In this document: in pieces, positions 62,019 through 64,000 of the stretch
How the letters are laid out: each line of letters begins with the position of its first letter
Numbering within the stretch: the first letter of the stretch is position 1
Source of the DNA: the human T2T-CHM13v2.0 reference genome, Homo sapiens
DNA length: 64,000 nucleotides
Reading direction: 5' to 3' (one strand)
NCBI RefSeq assembly: GCF_009914755.1
Contig: NC_060931.1
Notes under the pieces: generated by a model
What the model was told of the DNA's origin: nothing
The model's database searches: none
The model's input: the letters and a program-made list of their open reading frames with translations, nothing else
Position numbers and translations under genes: made by a program

Positions 62019-62059
62019 GGTTTTTAATTAAAAAAAAAAGAAAAGAAACTTAACTTTAG

Positions 62060-63720
62060 AAAACATCTACAGAGTAATCAAAATGGAATCCAAAAGACAT
62101 GGGCTCAATAAGTAAGGGTGTCTTAAGAAGAGAACAGGCAAACACACACAGTAAACAAACTGAGGTGCAGGCTGATAGGAAAGGGAAGCTGCAGAGAAAG
62201 TGACATATAGCAAGGAAATTAAAACTGCAATTGCAAAATTAAAATTTGTACCGAAGTCAGTAGAGTTGGGAAACACTATTCAAATTAAGAAAACTCAATT
62301 AAGTAAAGACTTGAGAACAAACTTAAGAAATTTTCCCAGAATACCGAAGTAATAAACTAGTACAAATGTTTAAAGAAAAAGACGATTGGCATTAGGAGTA
62401 TAAAGTTCTAACTTATAAATGATACATAACCAGAACAGGAACAGAAAGTTTTCTGAACTCAGGAAAGACCTGAGCCTATAGATTATAAGAACTCACTGTA
62501 TTGTAGGCAAAAATTCAGTTGATTCCCCCCCTCCCAAAAATAGTTTTAGAATTTCTTTAGATAAAGCAAAAAGACTCCCAAAATTAAAAAGTCAAAATCA
62601 CATTAACACCAAAAAAATTAAATTAGACTGGTCTCATATTTGTGGCTTCCTTAGAACACCGAATTCCAGAGGACTACAGAGAGAAACTATCTATAGCAAT
62701 GATATTTGGAGAGAGTTTGAGATATATACCTTTTTTTTTTTCTTTCTTTTTTGAGACAACGTCTCACTGCCTTGTTCAGGCTGGATTTGAACTCCTGGGC
62801 TAAAGCAACCCAGCCTCCCCAGTAGCTGGGATTACAGGTTCAATGTGCTAGGCTCTTAACATCAAATTTAAAGATAAAGAATCTTGAATTTTGTTAAACA
62901 ACAACAAAAAGAAAAGTAAACAAATTTCCAACCAGAAGCTGCTACTGAGAGATACCTAAAAGCAAAATATGAAAATGTGAAAAAAATTTGTTTAATGGTC
63001 AAAAATATACTAGGCACATACATCTAAAAAGCTAGGAAGAGTAATCTTGGTACATGATAAAGTGATAAAGTAGAATCAAAGCAAAAAAAGTAAATGGGAA
63101 AGATGTTCATTTTACATGAAAAAATGTAAAAGCTAGTTATGAATTATCTGAAGAACGGCAAGAAAACAACTGACAAAAATAGCACTGTACAGAGAGACTA
63201 TCATAATCATCTTAGTCTTTGGCAGGTAAGGACACAGCAGGCATGATTAATAATTAATGAGATTGTTAATGTATATCAAACTTTGTACTCTATGGAAATT
63301 GTACGTTACTATTTCACTGAATATCAACAAAATATAATTATAACAGAACAAAGAAAACTTCAATACATTCTGAAGTCTAAAACCTTAGAGAACCCATTAT
63401 CTAATCCCAGTGCAATGGGATTAGATTGCATTAATCTAATGCAATTAATTAGATTAGATTAATTGGGATTAGCAAAATACCAAAAGCGTTAGCACAAAGT
63501 AAACATAAGAAAAAAAAATGAATGAATGAACAAAAATAACACACAAAACACATACACACAACCAAACCAATACTAAATCTCCTAAATTACTGATGGAGCA
63601 AAGAAGGACTCAATACTAGAATTGCAGACCATTTTGAAAATAAATGTTAAAATATTAAAGTATTCTATTAATGGCAAGAATATTACTTATGGACACAACC
63701 AAATCTGTGAAAAACCAATC
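62060..63720 (+). mobile_element. Ancient L1 ORF1/ORF2-region fragments with an Alu fragment (62730-62855, minus)
   Basis: A-rich degenerate L1-like sequence. Confidence 0.55.
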
Positions 63721-64000
63721 TGGAGGTGGTTAAATTAATATGAAATTACATGGTTTAAAAGACTACCACTGTTCACTAGATTTTTCCCAGCTGTTTTCAA
63801 TTTTTTCTCCCTTACTTTCCTAACTGGTTTTAATATGAAACATAAACATATTAACAAATAAGCGGTATGTTTTTAGAAGTTTCAGATTTTCTCTTCAACA
63901 GCAAAATCTTTTACATGCTCCTCCACAGTGTGGCTTGGTGGGGATTATTCACTAGATTAGTACTTCTTACAGGCCTCTATTACATAGCATTAGGTTTATT

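Overview
Primate (very likely human) genomic DNA, rich in Alu, L1, L2, MaLR, MER41 and Tigger repeats. The right-hand 36 kb holds the 3' part of the myotrophin gene MTPN (V-1) on the minus strand. It includes coding exons 2 (52724-52837), 3 (51806-51889) and 4 (CDS 31129-31215), all with GT-AG boundaries and phase-0 introns, and a ~3.35 kb 3' UTR ending near 27775. Exon 1 is outside the window. The 3' UTR carries the AUU-initiated 58-codon LUZP6/MPD6 ORF (28477-28653) and seed sites for miR-375, let-7 and miR-124. It also has an apparently unannotated 81-codon ORF whose AUG overlaps the MTPN stop codon (UGAUG) and whose stop overlaps a proximal AAUAAA. Exons 2+3 total 198 nt, i.e. 66 stop-free codons or exactly two ankyrin repeats, so a back-spliced circle would be an endless in-register ankyrin ORF. 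A U6 snRNA retrocopy with target-site duplications lies in intron 1. The left 27 kb is intergenic and mostly transposon-derived, with several unusual DNA structures (inverted microsatellite palindrome, trimeric Alu, short tandem duplications). Most ORFs in the supplied track are Alu/LTR/L1 artefacts. No prokaryotic-type system is present.
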